DNA of 58,004 nt, the filler included, from Dirinaria sp. TL-2023a (Eukaryota): NCBI GenBank assembly GCA_051941275.1. It is 8 parts of 8 records of this genome, joined end to end, with 100 filler letters (N's around TTAATTAATTAA, not from the genome) between each part and the next. Parts side by side here need not be neighbours in the genome. Positions count along the whole stretch, not along the records: positions 21,843 to 29,014 come from JAVEBF010001358.1; positions 29,115 to 36,275 come from JAVEBF010001359.1; positions 36,376 to 43,527 come from JAVEBF010001360.1; 5 more parts are not named here. The stretch is one strand, 5' to 3'. A model generated the notes under the pieces. The model searched no databases. It was given only the letters and a program-made list of their open reading frames with translations, and was not told the origin of the DNA. Every line of letters starts with the position of its first letter. The stretch's first letter is position 1. Shown in pieces: positions 25,476-38,919 of this stretch. The position numbers and the translations under genes are program-made.

Positions 25476-26982
25476 CGATGACGCTGACGCTGACGTTTCC
25501 TGATGACTCAGGCACCGGTATGAAGGCTTGACGGACCCGTACTCGTATAGAACATTGCCTCTACGCTTCTAGAACGCCATGAATGGAAAAATCAGAAGGA
25601 ATTTTTCAATCATCCCGAGAGTTGCTCGTCGACATCAGCATTGTGATGACTGTTTCCACTAGTATGGCGGAAGGAGAGGATGATGTAATGAAGCACTCGG
25701 CATTGCCTTCCAATGGCCTGATGAATCGAGGCAGGACTGCGATCAGTGCCTAGGTAATCGGAATACCCCGAGCCTGTGCAGAAGTGCTTTTTGGCCAAAT
25801 CGGATGACTGGCATCTGGAGCAGGTCATTTGATCAAGAGGTTATTGGAAAGCGATCTGGACATTATTATTATTATTACTACTTCTCCAGAGACCGAGACT
25901 TCCCTCCTTGGCCGGGCTACATGTTCGGTATGCAGGGAATGTGCAGCCGAGATGCAGGGGAACCGTTAGCTGGGTTGACAGATCTTCACAGTTGGCCACC
26001 AATCAATGATATACTCGATACCTTATGCAAAGTCCGCGATAACTTTTAGTGCCTGGGACCAATGTTGAGCCAGTAGATGCGAAGGTCCTGTACTATTCGT
26101 TGCAGATAGCGTCCAGTGCAGCTGTCTCATTGTACAAGTTGCACGACAATCGATTCCACCGGGCGGCAATAATAGTGAACCAGTTACATAAGACGCAGAT
26201 CGCCTTTGGGTCAACAAGAGCAGGAAAAAGCGATCAGCTCTCAGCAAAAAACGGATTGCTGGGCATTTGCAACCCCTCAATTGGGCGGCCTGACGTCCCG
26301 AAACGATCGACGGCGTTTCGGGAAGGCGTTCCGTGGTAAGGTAACAAGTAACGGGTCCGAATTGAGATAAGCATCATCCAGGTGACAGGATTGCGGGAGC
26401 TAAAAAATCACTTAAGCTCACTTGGTCGGTTTAGGGGGAGGGAGACGGAGAGGGAGAGAAGGAGGGACAGAAGGAAAGCACTACCTAGATGATCATCGTG
26501 AACAGTGCGTATTATTCAAGCGAAGTCCCAACGGCCAACAGCCAAATTCAAGGACAAGTCCCAAGCCAAAGCCCAAGCCACGGAGACCGCCTTTGCTTAC
26601 CCCTCAACATAACTTTTGTTGATCAGGAGGCGACTCATCATTATTTTCTTTTGCGGATACGTCTTTTCGCGACAATATTATTATATTAGCATTACAGTCC
26701 CTCACAGTGCTCAATTGTCCATTGTGTACCCTACAGTAGACGGCCTTTGTCCTTTGACCGAAAGCGTAAACACAATCGGGCCGACGTCATACCCTCCTGC
26801 AGGGTGTTGTTACCTCACCTTATATCCCATCTCCGGATCTCACTTCGCCAACCTCACTCGCTTTTGACCCCCTCGGATACCCACCATCAATCCTATTCTT
26901 ATCCTGCCCCTGTTGAAAGCATACCGTCCGTTGAAATCATTATTGCGCTTTATTCAGTCTACTATACATCTTGAACATCAAG

Positions 26983-28243
<1,261 letters not shown>

Positions 28244-29014
28244 GTTTCAGAGAGAACCTCTTTCGGCACTTCTGGTCTTCTAACAACGAGATGCTTTCTT
28301 TGCCTGTTTTTTATTTGGCGGCATGAGACAGCAGGGACTGTGTGGTGGATGAGCCATGGCACACGAAAGCTCTTTCTTTTGGCAATGGCGACTCCCTCAA
28401 ACTGGCCAGGTAAGTGAACTGGATGGAAAATGAACAAGGCGGGTTTCGGTTTGTGCTGGCCATATCATAGGGCCTCTTTTTTCCCCCCTTTTTTTCTTAA
28501 CACAGAGCAGCCGCGATTTCCAAACCGTCTCCATGAGATTAAGAGACGAAAGTCGAAAAATCAGGCGCGCATCTTTGACTCATAGCTCGGTAGTTAAGGA
28601 GTTTTCTTGTAATTGCACACACAAATCGAACAAAATACGAAATCTGTCGAACAAAAATTAGAAATCCATGATCCTTGCCATTCTTTCTCCTCCTATCCCT
28701 CTCAACAACGATGGGCAGTTGTTCTTAATCCTAGGTCTTCTATATCTATCCCAACATTTTAATAATCAGTAAAACCTAAATCCCAACACGAAAAAGCCTC
28801 GAATCATAGAGGAAAAAGAGAGAGAAAAAAGAAACCCCCCTTTCCACCATCCCTTGCCTTCTCTCTCGCGCACACACAACCCCTGCTTGCTTAAGGACTT
28901 TCCTTTTGTATCAAGCCAATCGAGATTCACGGCGCATAAGCAGCATAATTAGTTGAGCTCCCAAGGAAAGGCTTTGTATATCCACCCTGAGCGTTGGGAG
29001 AATAGACTGGTCGC

Positions 29015-29114
29015 NNNNNNNNNNNNNNNNNNNNNNNNNNNNNNNNNNNNNNNNNNNNTTAATTAATTAANNNNNNNNNNNNNNNNNNNNNNNNNNNNNN
29101 NNNNNNNNNNNNNN
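29015..29114. other. Artificial contig linker
   Basis: 44N-TTAATTAATTAA-44N. Confidence 0.99.
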
Positions 29115-29146
29115 GGAGGAGGGGGGGGGAGAAGTGTTTTTATATG

Positions 29147-29187
<41 letters not shown>

Positions 29188-29650
29188 AACTAGGAGGTTT
29201 TTGTGCGGAAGAGGGAGGTAGTTGAATACCTAGGTAAAGGAGCGAAGAGAGAGGAGAGGAGAGGAGAGGAGAGGATATCCCTGAGTGATTGCATGTATGG
29301 ACTTTTTCTTTTTTTTTTTTCCCCCCCCCTTCTCATCCAACGTCCGTATCCATCCATATACATGGTTCAGATAAAAGATACGAGTACGATGCCCCCCCTT
29401 ACCTATGAACAGACCGAACCTCCGTGGCCCGCTAAATTATCTGAATCCATCCTTCCCAACGACAGCAAACGAGGAACGGTATATAAACGACGGTATAAAT
29501 GTAAATAAAACCTCCGTGCTTCGCTAAATATCTGAATCGATCCTCCCACCACCAACAACAACAACAACGGGACATATGTAAAATGACGGTAGATGAACAT
29601 TCACCGCTCATATACCCAATCCTCTTCGGATTACATCTGTTTCCTAAGAT

Positions 29651-31227
29651 TTACCAATGACAGATCCCGCCCGTATCTTCATCCATCGCCCACGTGCCCG
29701 CCAGGCCGACAATCTCCGTCGCGCCATCGGCGTGCTCGCCCATCTTGCCCAGCGCCGCGAAATTCGCGCCTCCGTCCCCGGGCCCGTTGCTCAGGATGCG
29801 TCGGGCCCAGGCGTCGATGGCCGGCTCGCCCGTTTCGTCCCTCGCTTGCTTCAGGAAGGGGATCAGGGCCGTGCCTCCTGTTCCGCGCAGCTTCTTCTTG
29901 CTTGCTCCTCCAGGCCGCGAATTGCTGTTGTCTCTCGTCGCGGCTGCTGCGGCTCTGTCGGTGGCGCTGGCGAGGTTGTGGACGATCATCTGCTTGGGTG
30001 CCTCGCGCGGGCTCAGCGAGCGGGAGTGGGACCGCGATTCTCGCGACTTGACGATGATGTACCGGGATACCATCTGGATGTGTTTGTCGCGGAGGGCGCG
30101 GAGCATGGCGAGGCTCGCGTCGTAGGCTATGCTCAGCGCACGGTTCCATTTGCGGGAGTCGACGTACTCTCGAATATTGGCGACGTAGGAGACGTCTTCG
30201 AGGAAGCGTCGGTGCGGGCCGGGCATGTATGAGCGCATATCGTGGATGAAGTTCTGCCGGGGCGGAGGGGCAGCTCCTCCTTCGAATTCGCTCTCGGAGC
30301 TGCTGTGGCCGTGTTTTTCCCCTGTAGGGCGGTGCTCGATGCCAAGCACGATATCGAAGAATTGGATTAGAGAACTTTGTGCGTTGCTACCGCCACCGTA
30401 TTGACGGTAATGTTCGTGGCCGCTGCCGTCTTCGTAGATGACGCCGTTAGGGAGGCCGGCTTCGGCCATGTTCTTGCTCCCTGCCAAGAATGGTCGGATG
30501 CGGTGGTAGAAGACGTGGGGATCGCAATTCTCGTACATCCGGACGAGCAATGAGCCTAGTTCATCAAGAGTCTCGGCGAGGGTATGCAGGCATTCTATCA
30601 CAATCCGGCTGTCGTCTCGCTGCGCGGCTGTTATTGCGTTCAGCATCAATGGTAGCAAAGGCGCGCCCCTGGCTTCTATTGCCACCGATACCAAGTAAAA
30701 CCATGATTCGTCCAGCGAGCCGGTGAATGTGAGCAGTGTAGATAGGTTTTCCAATGTGTCCATAGGCTCATCAGCGAAGATGGGCTTGAAGTTCCACAGG
30801 CATACACCAGAGTATGTCGCAACCGGAGGCAGTTCGAGATAGTTGCACACTTTCAGGAAGGGAATGGAGAGCGAAGGTGGCACTCTCTGAGTGAACAATT
30901 AGCTGCATGCATGCGGGACAAAGAGTGGATACGAACTTCTTCAGGCCTGTCTCCTCCCCAGATGTATGCATGGGTCATGAAAGCCAACAGCACATAGGCT
31001 CGTCGCCACTCGGCTGGATGCTGCAGTCTCGACGTCGATAGCACTGGCAGCCCTTGTATGACTCCTCTCAGACGCCTGCTCAGGACGAGTGCTTGGAGGT
31101 TCTTCGTGATGGCCTCCCATTTGGCGTAATACGAATCTGGGAGAGCCTCCAAGGGCAGCTCCATAGGAAGAAAGCCATAATCAGGTGAAATGCCGTAGTC
31201 TTCCAAGATTGGCACGGGCGGGATCAT
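29651..31227 (-). CDS. BNA2: Indoleamine 2,3-dioxygenase
   Basis: Exons 31227-30937 and 30886-29651. GFLP, HAYIWG, LELPPVATY, TFTGSLDESWFYLVS, FYHRIRPFLAG, GGSNAQSS, MRSYMP, HIQMVSRYI, GTGGT. Confidence 0.93.
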
Positions 31228-32263
31228 AATCCGTCGAGTAGACGCTCCGGCTGCCAACCACGCAAGACTTGAGGCAGAGTCTGGCTTGTCTTCGACAAAG
31301 AGATGGATTTACCGGAGTTAAGCCCTCCACAAACTCAGCTCTATACAAAGTGGCAATTGAGCACGTGCTTCGAGGATTACCTTCTGCTTCGAGGACTTCC
31401 GTTGTCAGAAGATTACGGCAGCAGGACTCAAAGAAGAAGGGAAGAAGAATAGAGGACGAAGGAGACCGCCAGTGTGTTGACGGGTACGGCGTTGGGTGGG
31501 ATGAAAGTGTTGACTGATTATTCAGCCGCGGAAGCTGCTCAGTACTGCAGAGAGAGATCAATGAATAAAATATGGTGACGCAAAGTAGATGGGTTTCAAA
31601 TCATCAGATTTGCATTTACCCGTGACAGAAAAGTAGAAGTGGATGACGTGGTTACGAATAATGCTAGGGAAGTAATAGAGCAGGAGGACGATGGACGAAA
31701 AAAAAGCCCGACCGAGATCGGATGGCCTGACGAGGGAATTTCCGGGATAAAGAGCGATAGGAAGCGCTAGGAGCGCCTGAAGAGGGCACATCCATGGTGA
31801 CAGAGACTACCTTTAGTAATGATGAGGAGCTTGACATGACGGCGAAGATGCGGCTTAATTGTTTGGACGTTGTGGAAGAGGTTTGAAGTCAGACCATACG
31901 CGTGGATCGAGATGCAATGCACCTGCTGGCATCTTGCAGGAATGGGATTCCTTCAATCACGTGATCTGATCGAGACTCAAGGTCTGCGGAAGGGAATATC
32001 TAGGTAAGTTCAGGGAGAACCTGACCTAGACAATCTGACTGCATATGGACGGGATAGTCCAGTATGATAACATACTGGGCCCAAAGAGTGGATGATATCG
32101 GTTACCAAAACGATAAACATGATCGAAATGGAATCGTCCCAATATCCACAGGCCAAACCAGGCCCTGAACCTCTGATTACGGTCTTGTACAGGGAAATGA
32201 ATGTCACAGGAACGCCATATCGCCTTTCATCAGATCATTCATCACTGCGCGCTCCCTTGCAGG

Positions 32264-33868
32264 TTAGTGCTGGCTCCACTCAATGCTGTCCAAAGCTACA
32301 CCTTCCTGCACCAATTCCCACAGCGGGCTCAGCTCGCGGAGGAAGCTGACCCTTTCCTTGACAGCTTTCAGCACATAGTCCACCTCGCTATCGGTCGTGA
32401 ACCGTCCGATGCCAAACCGAATGCTGCTATGGGCACTCTCGTCGCTATTTCCTAGCGCTCGAAGGACGTAGCTCGGCTCAAGCGAGGCTGAAGTGCAAGC
32501 GCTGCCAGACGACAATGCGATGTCTTTGAGAGCCATGAGCAGGGATTCGCCTTCCACATACGCAAAAGACACATTGACGCATCCAGGATAATGGCGATCC
32601 GGATCTCCGTTTCTCGACGTGTGTTCGAGCGAAAGGAGGCCTTTCAGCAGCTTATTCGAGAGGGTTTTGATCCTCAGCGAATCATACTGTCGACGTCAGC
32701 CGCTCTTAGTGCAATCCTAGCCCAATATTCACAGGTGACTTACAGCCATCTCCTCCTTGGCTATGCGGCAAGCCTCGCCAAACCCAACAACCAGAGCCGG
32801 GGCAAGAGTGCCGCTTCTCAAACCCCGTTCTTGCCCTCCACCACTGATAATGGGATCGATCCGAACCCTGGGCCTTCTTCTTACGTAGCAAGCACCGATA
32901 CCTTTGGGTCCATAGATCTTGTGCGCGGAGATCGACATCAGATCCACATTCCACCGATTGACATCGATCGGCATCTTCCCCACTGCTTGTGCTCCATCAG
33001 TGTGGAAGAACACCCTTTTCGATCGGCAGAGTTTCCCAATCTCCTCCATGGGTTGAATGACACCAATCTCGTTGTTGACAGTCATGATGCTCACAAGTGC
33101 CGTGTCGGGGCGTATGGCAGCTTCGAGTTCTTGCATATCGATGAGGCCGCTGTTCTTCACCGGCAGATATGTTACTTCGAAACCTTCGTCTTGCAAATGC
33201 CTTGCGCTGTCTAAAACGCACTTATGTTCCGTTTGCGTTGTGATGATGTGCTTTTTCTTCCCGGAACGGCCGAAGAATCTTGCCACTCCTTTCAAGCTCA
33301 TATTGTTACTCTCTGTAGCCCCGCTGGTGAAGATGATTTCTTTTGAGTCAGCACCTATCAGATTCGCCACATGCTCTCGGGCCGTCTCTGCTGCCTTCTC
33401 CGTCTCCCAGCCGTAAGCGTGTGTTCGTGAATGAGGATTGCCGTAAAGGCCGGTGAGGAAAGGTAACATTGCGTCGAGCACCCGAGGATCTGTAGGAGTT
33501 GTCGCCTGCATATCGAGGTAGATAGGCCGCATGCCTTGGTCCATGACAGTGGCTTGCTTCAGTATACCTGCAGCGGGACTCATCATCGCGTCTCCAGGCA
33601 TGCTAGTCGTAGGCATTCGTGCCTGCTCTGGCAAGATCCCGGTCTGAGCTGTGAAAGCATGCTGGTCTGCTTGTATCACAGTATCGACGTTGACTTGAGC
33701 TTTCTCTGGCTTTGTTCCAGAGACATAGGTCCTGTGCGTTCCTCTGCTTGTGGAGGCTGCTATAGCTCGAAATCCAGATGTATCCCGAGAAACGGCATGT
33801 GAGGCGAAAGGCCGCCTGGAAGATAATCTCAGCGCCTGACGCAGAGCTATCGGAGCTGGGTTCGACAT
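32264..33868 (-). CDS. NFS1: Mitochondrial cysteine desulfurase
   Basis: Presequence; [41 protein letters not shown] (PLP Lys), [23 protein letters not shown]; one intron near 32690-32742. Confidence 0.97.
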
Positions 33869-34381
33869 CCTGCGTTTACAAGGTCGTCGAGCAAGATGAG
33901 TGCAAGATGTACATGTTCCAGCCTTGCTTTGCCTAAATGACGACGATGGAGGAGGCAAATTCGCAACCCGATCGAGCCGATCTAATCTGATGGCGCTAGC
34001 CGCTTGGCATTGAGCTAGCCAATATCAGACCGACCCAGACCCGAAAGCCTTCAATGAGGCAGGCAAAAGTACTGGACTATGCGCTCTCGATCTGTCTAAT
34101 CTGACGAGTGCGCCACTTGACCGAGGGAACCGAACTCACGTATAGGATTAGAGGGGTCTCTACTCTCACAGACCTGACTAGCCATCGGCTGCCTTCAATC
34201 GACCACAGCTACGTACTGCGGCGAACCTTGCAGCCTCTCCGGCGTCAATCAGACCCAGCAGAGCCGGCTGCATAGTCTTACGCCGTCCTCAGAGGACTAC
34301 CATTGTCTGCTGCATCACGTTTTGCGTCTCAGCGTGTTACGAGTCGAGTGCGTGCTCTGTTAAGGTTCCTAAGGTGCCGCA

Positions 34382-36092
34382 ATGAGTTTGAAAGGGTTTG
34401 GAAAGGCTACTGCAAGAGTATGCAGCTCTCACATCGAGTAAGAGGCACAATGGGACATAACAGTCTTACTGATCGGCTCTCTACAGGCGCCGCAAACTTT
34501 CAAGCAGAGATTTAACATTGTAGGCTATCACTGGGTTCCCCACCCTGCCCTGATAGCTGAATAAATATCGCTGCCTAGGGAGAAAACACCAAAGATGCAG
34601 TATTCATTGACGCCCAGCGACGGTTCGAAGAGTTGGAAAAGGTATAGAACTTTCCTTGCCCAAAGCAAGGCGGCTCGACTGATAGGAACGTTGGGTCTAG
34701 GAGACGAAGAAGCTCCACGACGAATCAAAGAAGTAGGTTCTGGAAGTCTTACCCTCAAGCTGGAACTACATACTGACAACGCTAGATACTTCGACGCAAT
34801 TAATGGTCTGCTGGCCGCTATGAAACCCCAAGTCACCTGCTGGACTGACATGCGAACCAGGTATGTTGGGTCACCAAATCGAATTCTCGAAGGCAATAGC
34901 AGAGATATACAAACCCATTTCTGGGAGGGTGTCGGATCCCGACTCGATAATACCCGAGGGTAATCCCGAAGGGATCCAGGCATGCGAAGAGTACGAGAAC
35001 ATCGTTCGGGAATTGCAAGCGTCGCTGCAGCCTGAATTGGAGATGATCCAAGCCCGAGTCATCGGGCCAGCAGACGAGCTTCTAACGGTCATCAAAATCG
35101 TTCAAAAATCCATCGTCAAGCGCTCCCACAAGCAATTGGACTACGATCGCCACCGCGCGAGTCTGAAGAAGCTGCAAGACAAGAAGGAAAAGTCTCTCAA
35201 AGATGAAAAGGCCCTCTTCAAAGCCGAAAACGATGTAGAGCAAGCAACGCAAGACTTCAATTACTTCAACGATCTACTCAAAGATGAGCTTCCTAGACTT
35301 TTCGCCTTGGAACGGGAATTCATCCGGCCGCTGTTCCAATCCTTTTATTACATGCAACTCAACGTCTTCTACACCCTGCACGAGAAAATGCAAAGTATCG
35401 ACATTGGATACTTCAATCTGACGCTCGACATCGAGGATGCGTTTGAAAGCAAGCGCGGCGATATCAGGGAACAGGCCGAAGGCCTATCGATAGTGCGCTT
35501 CAAGACCACCGGTGGAAAGAATAAGCCGGTGTCCAAGTACGGGCAAAACAAACAGCGTCTCCTCGAAGGGCGCAAGTCGTCGGATGCATCCTCTCAGCTC
35601 GCTATTGAAGGCGGCCCCTCACGCTTGGCCATTGAAGGCCGCCATTCCGTCGACACGCCCCCCTCCCGCCGTCAGACGCACGACTTCCTCGAGAATCCTC
35701 CACCGCCTTACTCATCACCACTGCTGAACGGCGACACCTCCCTAGGCCGCTCGGCGAGCACAGGCAGCTCATGGGGCGCAGCGGCGAAGTCCAAGGGCCC
35801 AGCCCCGCCACCACCAAAACCCAAGCCATCGGGTCTGCGAAGTAATCCAATGAGCCCTCAGATCCCCACTGCTACAGCTTTATACGACTACGAGGCGCAA
35901 GCGGCGGGCGATCTGAGTTTCATGACGGGAGATGTGATCGAGGTCACGCAGAAAGGGGCGACGGAGAATGAATGGTGGACGGGCAAGCTGGATGGGAGGG
36001 AGGGCCAATTTCCGGGTAAGAATGCACATCCCTCCTTCATTAATTCTCAGCTGATATTTGTTGCGATAGGTAATTACGTGAAAATGAATTAA
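34382..36092 (+). CDS. RVS167: N-BAR plus SH3 amphiphysin (Rvs167/Hob1)
   Basis: Five short 5' exons give MSLKGFGKATAR|APQTFKQRFNI|GENTKDAVFIDAQRRF..., then HQIEF..IYKPISGR. C-terminal SH3 ALYDYEAQAAGDLSF...EWWTG...GQFP|GNYV. Confidence 0.93.
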
Positions 36093-36275
36093 TTAGGGGG
36101 CGTTCTTCCAAAGTGCCCGATGTAATAGAGAAGAAGCAGAAGAAGAGAAAGCATGACTAAGTACAGTATGAGTTTAAGTACTTTCTACCATTAGGCCTTT
36201 TTGCATTACCCATCTATCCTGTTCGATGTTCACTATTCTGGAGCTGCATGTAGTACGTAGTAGTGTACATACACC

Positions 36276-36375
36276 NNNNNNNNNNNNNNNNNNNNNNNNN
36301 NNNNNNNNNNNNNNNNNNNTTAATTAATTAANNNNNNNNNNNNNNNNNNNNNNNNNNNNNNNNNNNNNNNNNNNN
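36276..36375. other. Artificial contig linker
   Basis: 44N-TTAATTAATTAA-44N. Confidence 0.99.
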
Positions 36376-38919
36376 GGGGGGGGGGGGGGGGGGGGAGATT
36401 ATCGCTGTTGAGGATGATGTTGGCGGTGGATAAGGAGCAGTAGAAGATGACGAAGGCGTTTGTAGAGCTGCTCGGCGGTAGCGAAGAGCGCGATGATGGT
36501 GGTTATACGCTTCCTGCCTGCGCTTTTTTTTTTGATGGGCAAATAGTTATTTTGTCGTATTCCAGAGAAAGGTAGGCAAGCGATCGAAGCATAAGAGGAA
36601 GAAGAAGGAGCGTACATACCCCTACTTTGATGCCTGTAATTCATTGTATATGGTTTGACCTTGTAACGTCAAATATATCTATCCATCGCTGTGCTGAGAT
36701 TCCGTAGAGCCCCTTTCCATCTAGCCTCAACTGATTGGCCTTGATTTCCGCCTCTTATCGGGTCTCCGTATCATATAAAGCCAGGAAGAAGTCCACGAGA
36801 CACACTTTCATTTCAGTGGGCGATGCTGTTGGGCTAGATAGGATCGGTCGCGCGCGTTGGACAGACCTAAGGTACTCTTTGAATTAGTATGGTTGAGCGG
36901 ATTATCTAGGCAAATGGTACCTACAGTTTGAGGTTCATTTTCTAGGTATAATTAATTGCCTGTGCAGGAATTTCACTGCTGATCGTGGCTCATGAAGGAG
37001 ATGATGCAGTTGGAGATGGCAATTGGGTTTTTTGCTCGATCTGAGTTCTTTCCCAATTTCTTTTCTTGTTCCGTGGTAAGCCAGAAGAAGCTTATATTCA
37101 ATGGCTTGAAAAGAACGGGTGGGGGTTTTCTTTGGAGGATTCTTCAACCAAGTGTGGTATCTGCGATCAAATTTCACGTAGAGCAGCAAAGCTGGAGGTA
37201 CACGCCACAAATATGGAGAGCTGGGAATGGAATTTGGGAATGGAATTTGGGAATCAGAGCTACTCTTTGGGCTGCAGACTGTCTCTAGAGGCAAGAGTGT
37301 GGGGCACGCGCACAGACCAAGCCGGTCCTTCTTTCGGCCGACTGCAGTCACTTCATCCAGCATTGATTGTTTCTCTATGTGCCTTTTGCCTGTGACTGCT
37401 TTCTGGAATTGATATCGTGTCCCAGCTCGCCCAGAGCTACTTGACTAGGTAGAACTTCGGGTGATGGTGAGCTGTTCTTCTGCCTCCAACCATACCGACA
37501 GCTGCCTCTGGATCCTTTATTTGAAGTCTGCGAGGGCGCCGGCCGCCCGTTAGCCAGGAAACCAAAGCGACAGGGAAGAGGGGGCCGACCAAGAGTTGTC
37601 CAATGTAGCTCCAACGACACTTGATGCTGGCAACACCCTTCTCCTAACTCTCCTCCTCCTCCTGAATATCTCCCTTCTTGATCCATTTTCCTTTCCTCAC
37701 GCTCAAAAAGATCTGGCGAAACTTCTGTTTGAGTTTCGACACAATCCCTCTCCGAAATCTCATGCTTCGCGGCTCCTCACGCCCTTCATTCTCTTCTTCA
37801 TGAGCGTGATTCACGTCGACAAAGCCGCTATATCTAAATTAGTATAAGGTGTCTCCTTCCTCCCCCGGCCGAATCATCTACGTACAACGTCGCTAATCCT
37901 CTGGCCGATTCCTCTGGGTCTGCGTACAACGGCACGTATTGTGCTCGAACACCTGCGAAAACTTTAGAGCGCCTGGAGCACCAAGTGGGCAGCCATCATA
38001 CCGGGCGACGGACTGCCCGCGCGGAATCTCATCGTGTCTTCTGACATCTTCTAGATGTCCCATAGTCAGTTCATGGCCACATATAATAAATAATCAAAGC
38101 CATTCTCAGGAGAAAGAGAGAAGCCATAGCAGGAATTTCAAGAGCTCGGGGAAGAGAAATCACGAATAACGTCGAACTTGATGATCTATACTCGCTGAGC
38201 GAGCAGCAAACCAAAGTCCTGTCCCCGAGCTTCGCAAGAAACATGCTGGAACACCGCATCCTGAAGACTATATAGGGATATATTGAGTCCATCTGAAATG
38301 GCAAAGCCATAAGAGATATAAAACGTACGGCTCTCTCACTTAAACAACGGCGCCCTCACTCGGTCCGGCGGACTTTGCAGTAACTGCGCTGTGTTTTAGT
38401 TCCACTGAGTTTGAATAGTAGTTGGAGTCGATGGTCGTCGGTATTACCAATAGCAGAGCAGACTAGCAAGGAAGATCGAATCCAAGTCGAAGTGCTGTTG
38501 ATGATTTGTGACACTCCTTAGACAGAGGTTGTTGTCTCAAGGGCTTCTCGGCGCCCACCACAAACAGCTTAGACCGAATCACGAACGGGGATGCTGAAGA
38601 ACAAAATTTAATAAGGGGGTCCTTTGAAGGTATGTTGTTCACTCCACCTTGCACACAAAACTTTCCTGTCATATTTTCACTCTACCCTGCCACCCACTCT
38701 GCGCTTGTTGTGGTTGTAGCTCTACCTCGAGCTATACTCTCGAGTTGCTTCATCATCCTCCGGCAGCGAGCTTCACATCTTCTGTTGCTGGTAGCGCTAT
38801 TGCTCTACCGTTGCTACGATCAACTGAAGATCAGGCATTATGCTTGGGTGGAAATCCGAGCTTGCACCATCAGCACTTTGTTGACCAGCTCCTCCAACAC
38901 TTCCCTGCCCTGAATCATC

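Noticed and set aside
36376..38919. 2.5-kb region with many short ORFs and a GGGAATGGAATTT tandem duplication near 37223-37254
   Set aside because: No coherent gene model; treated as intergenic or 5' region of the kinase.
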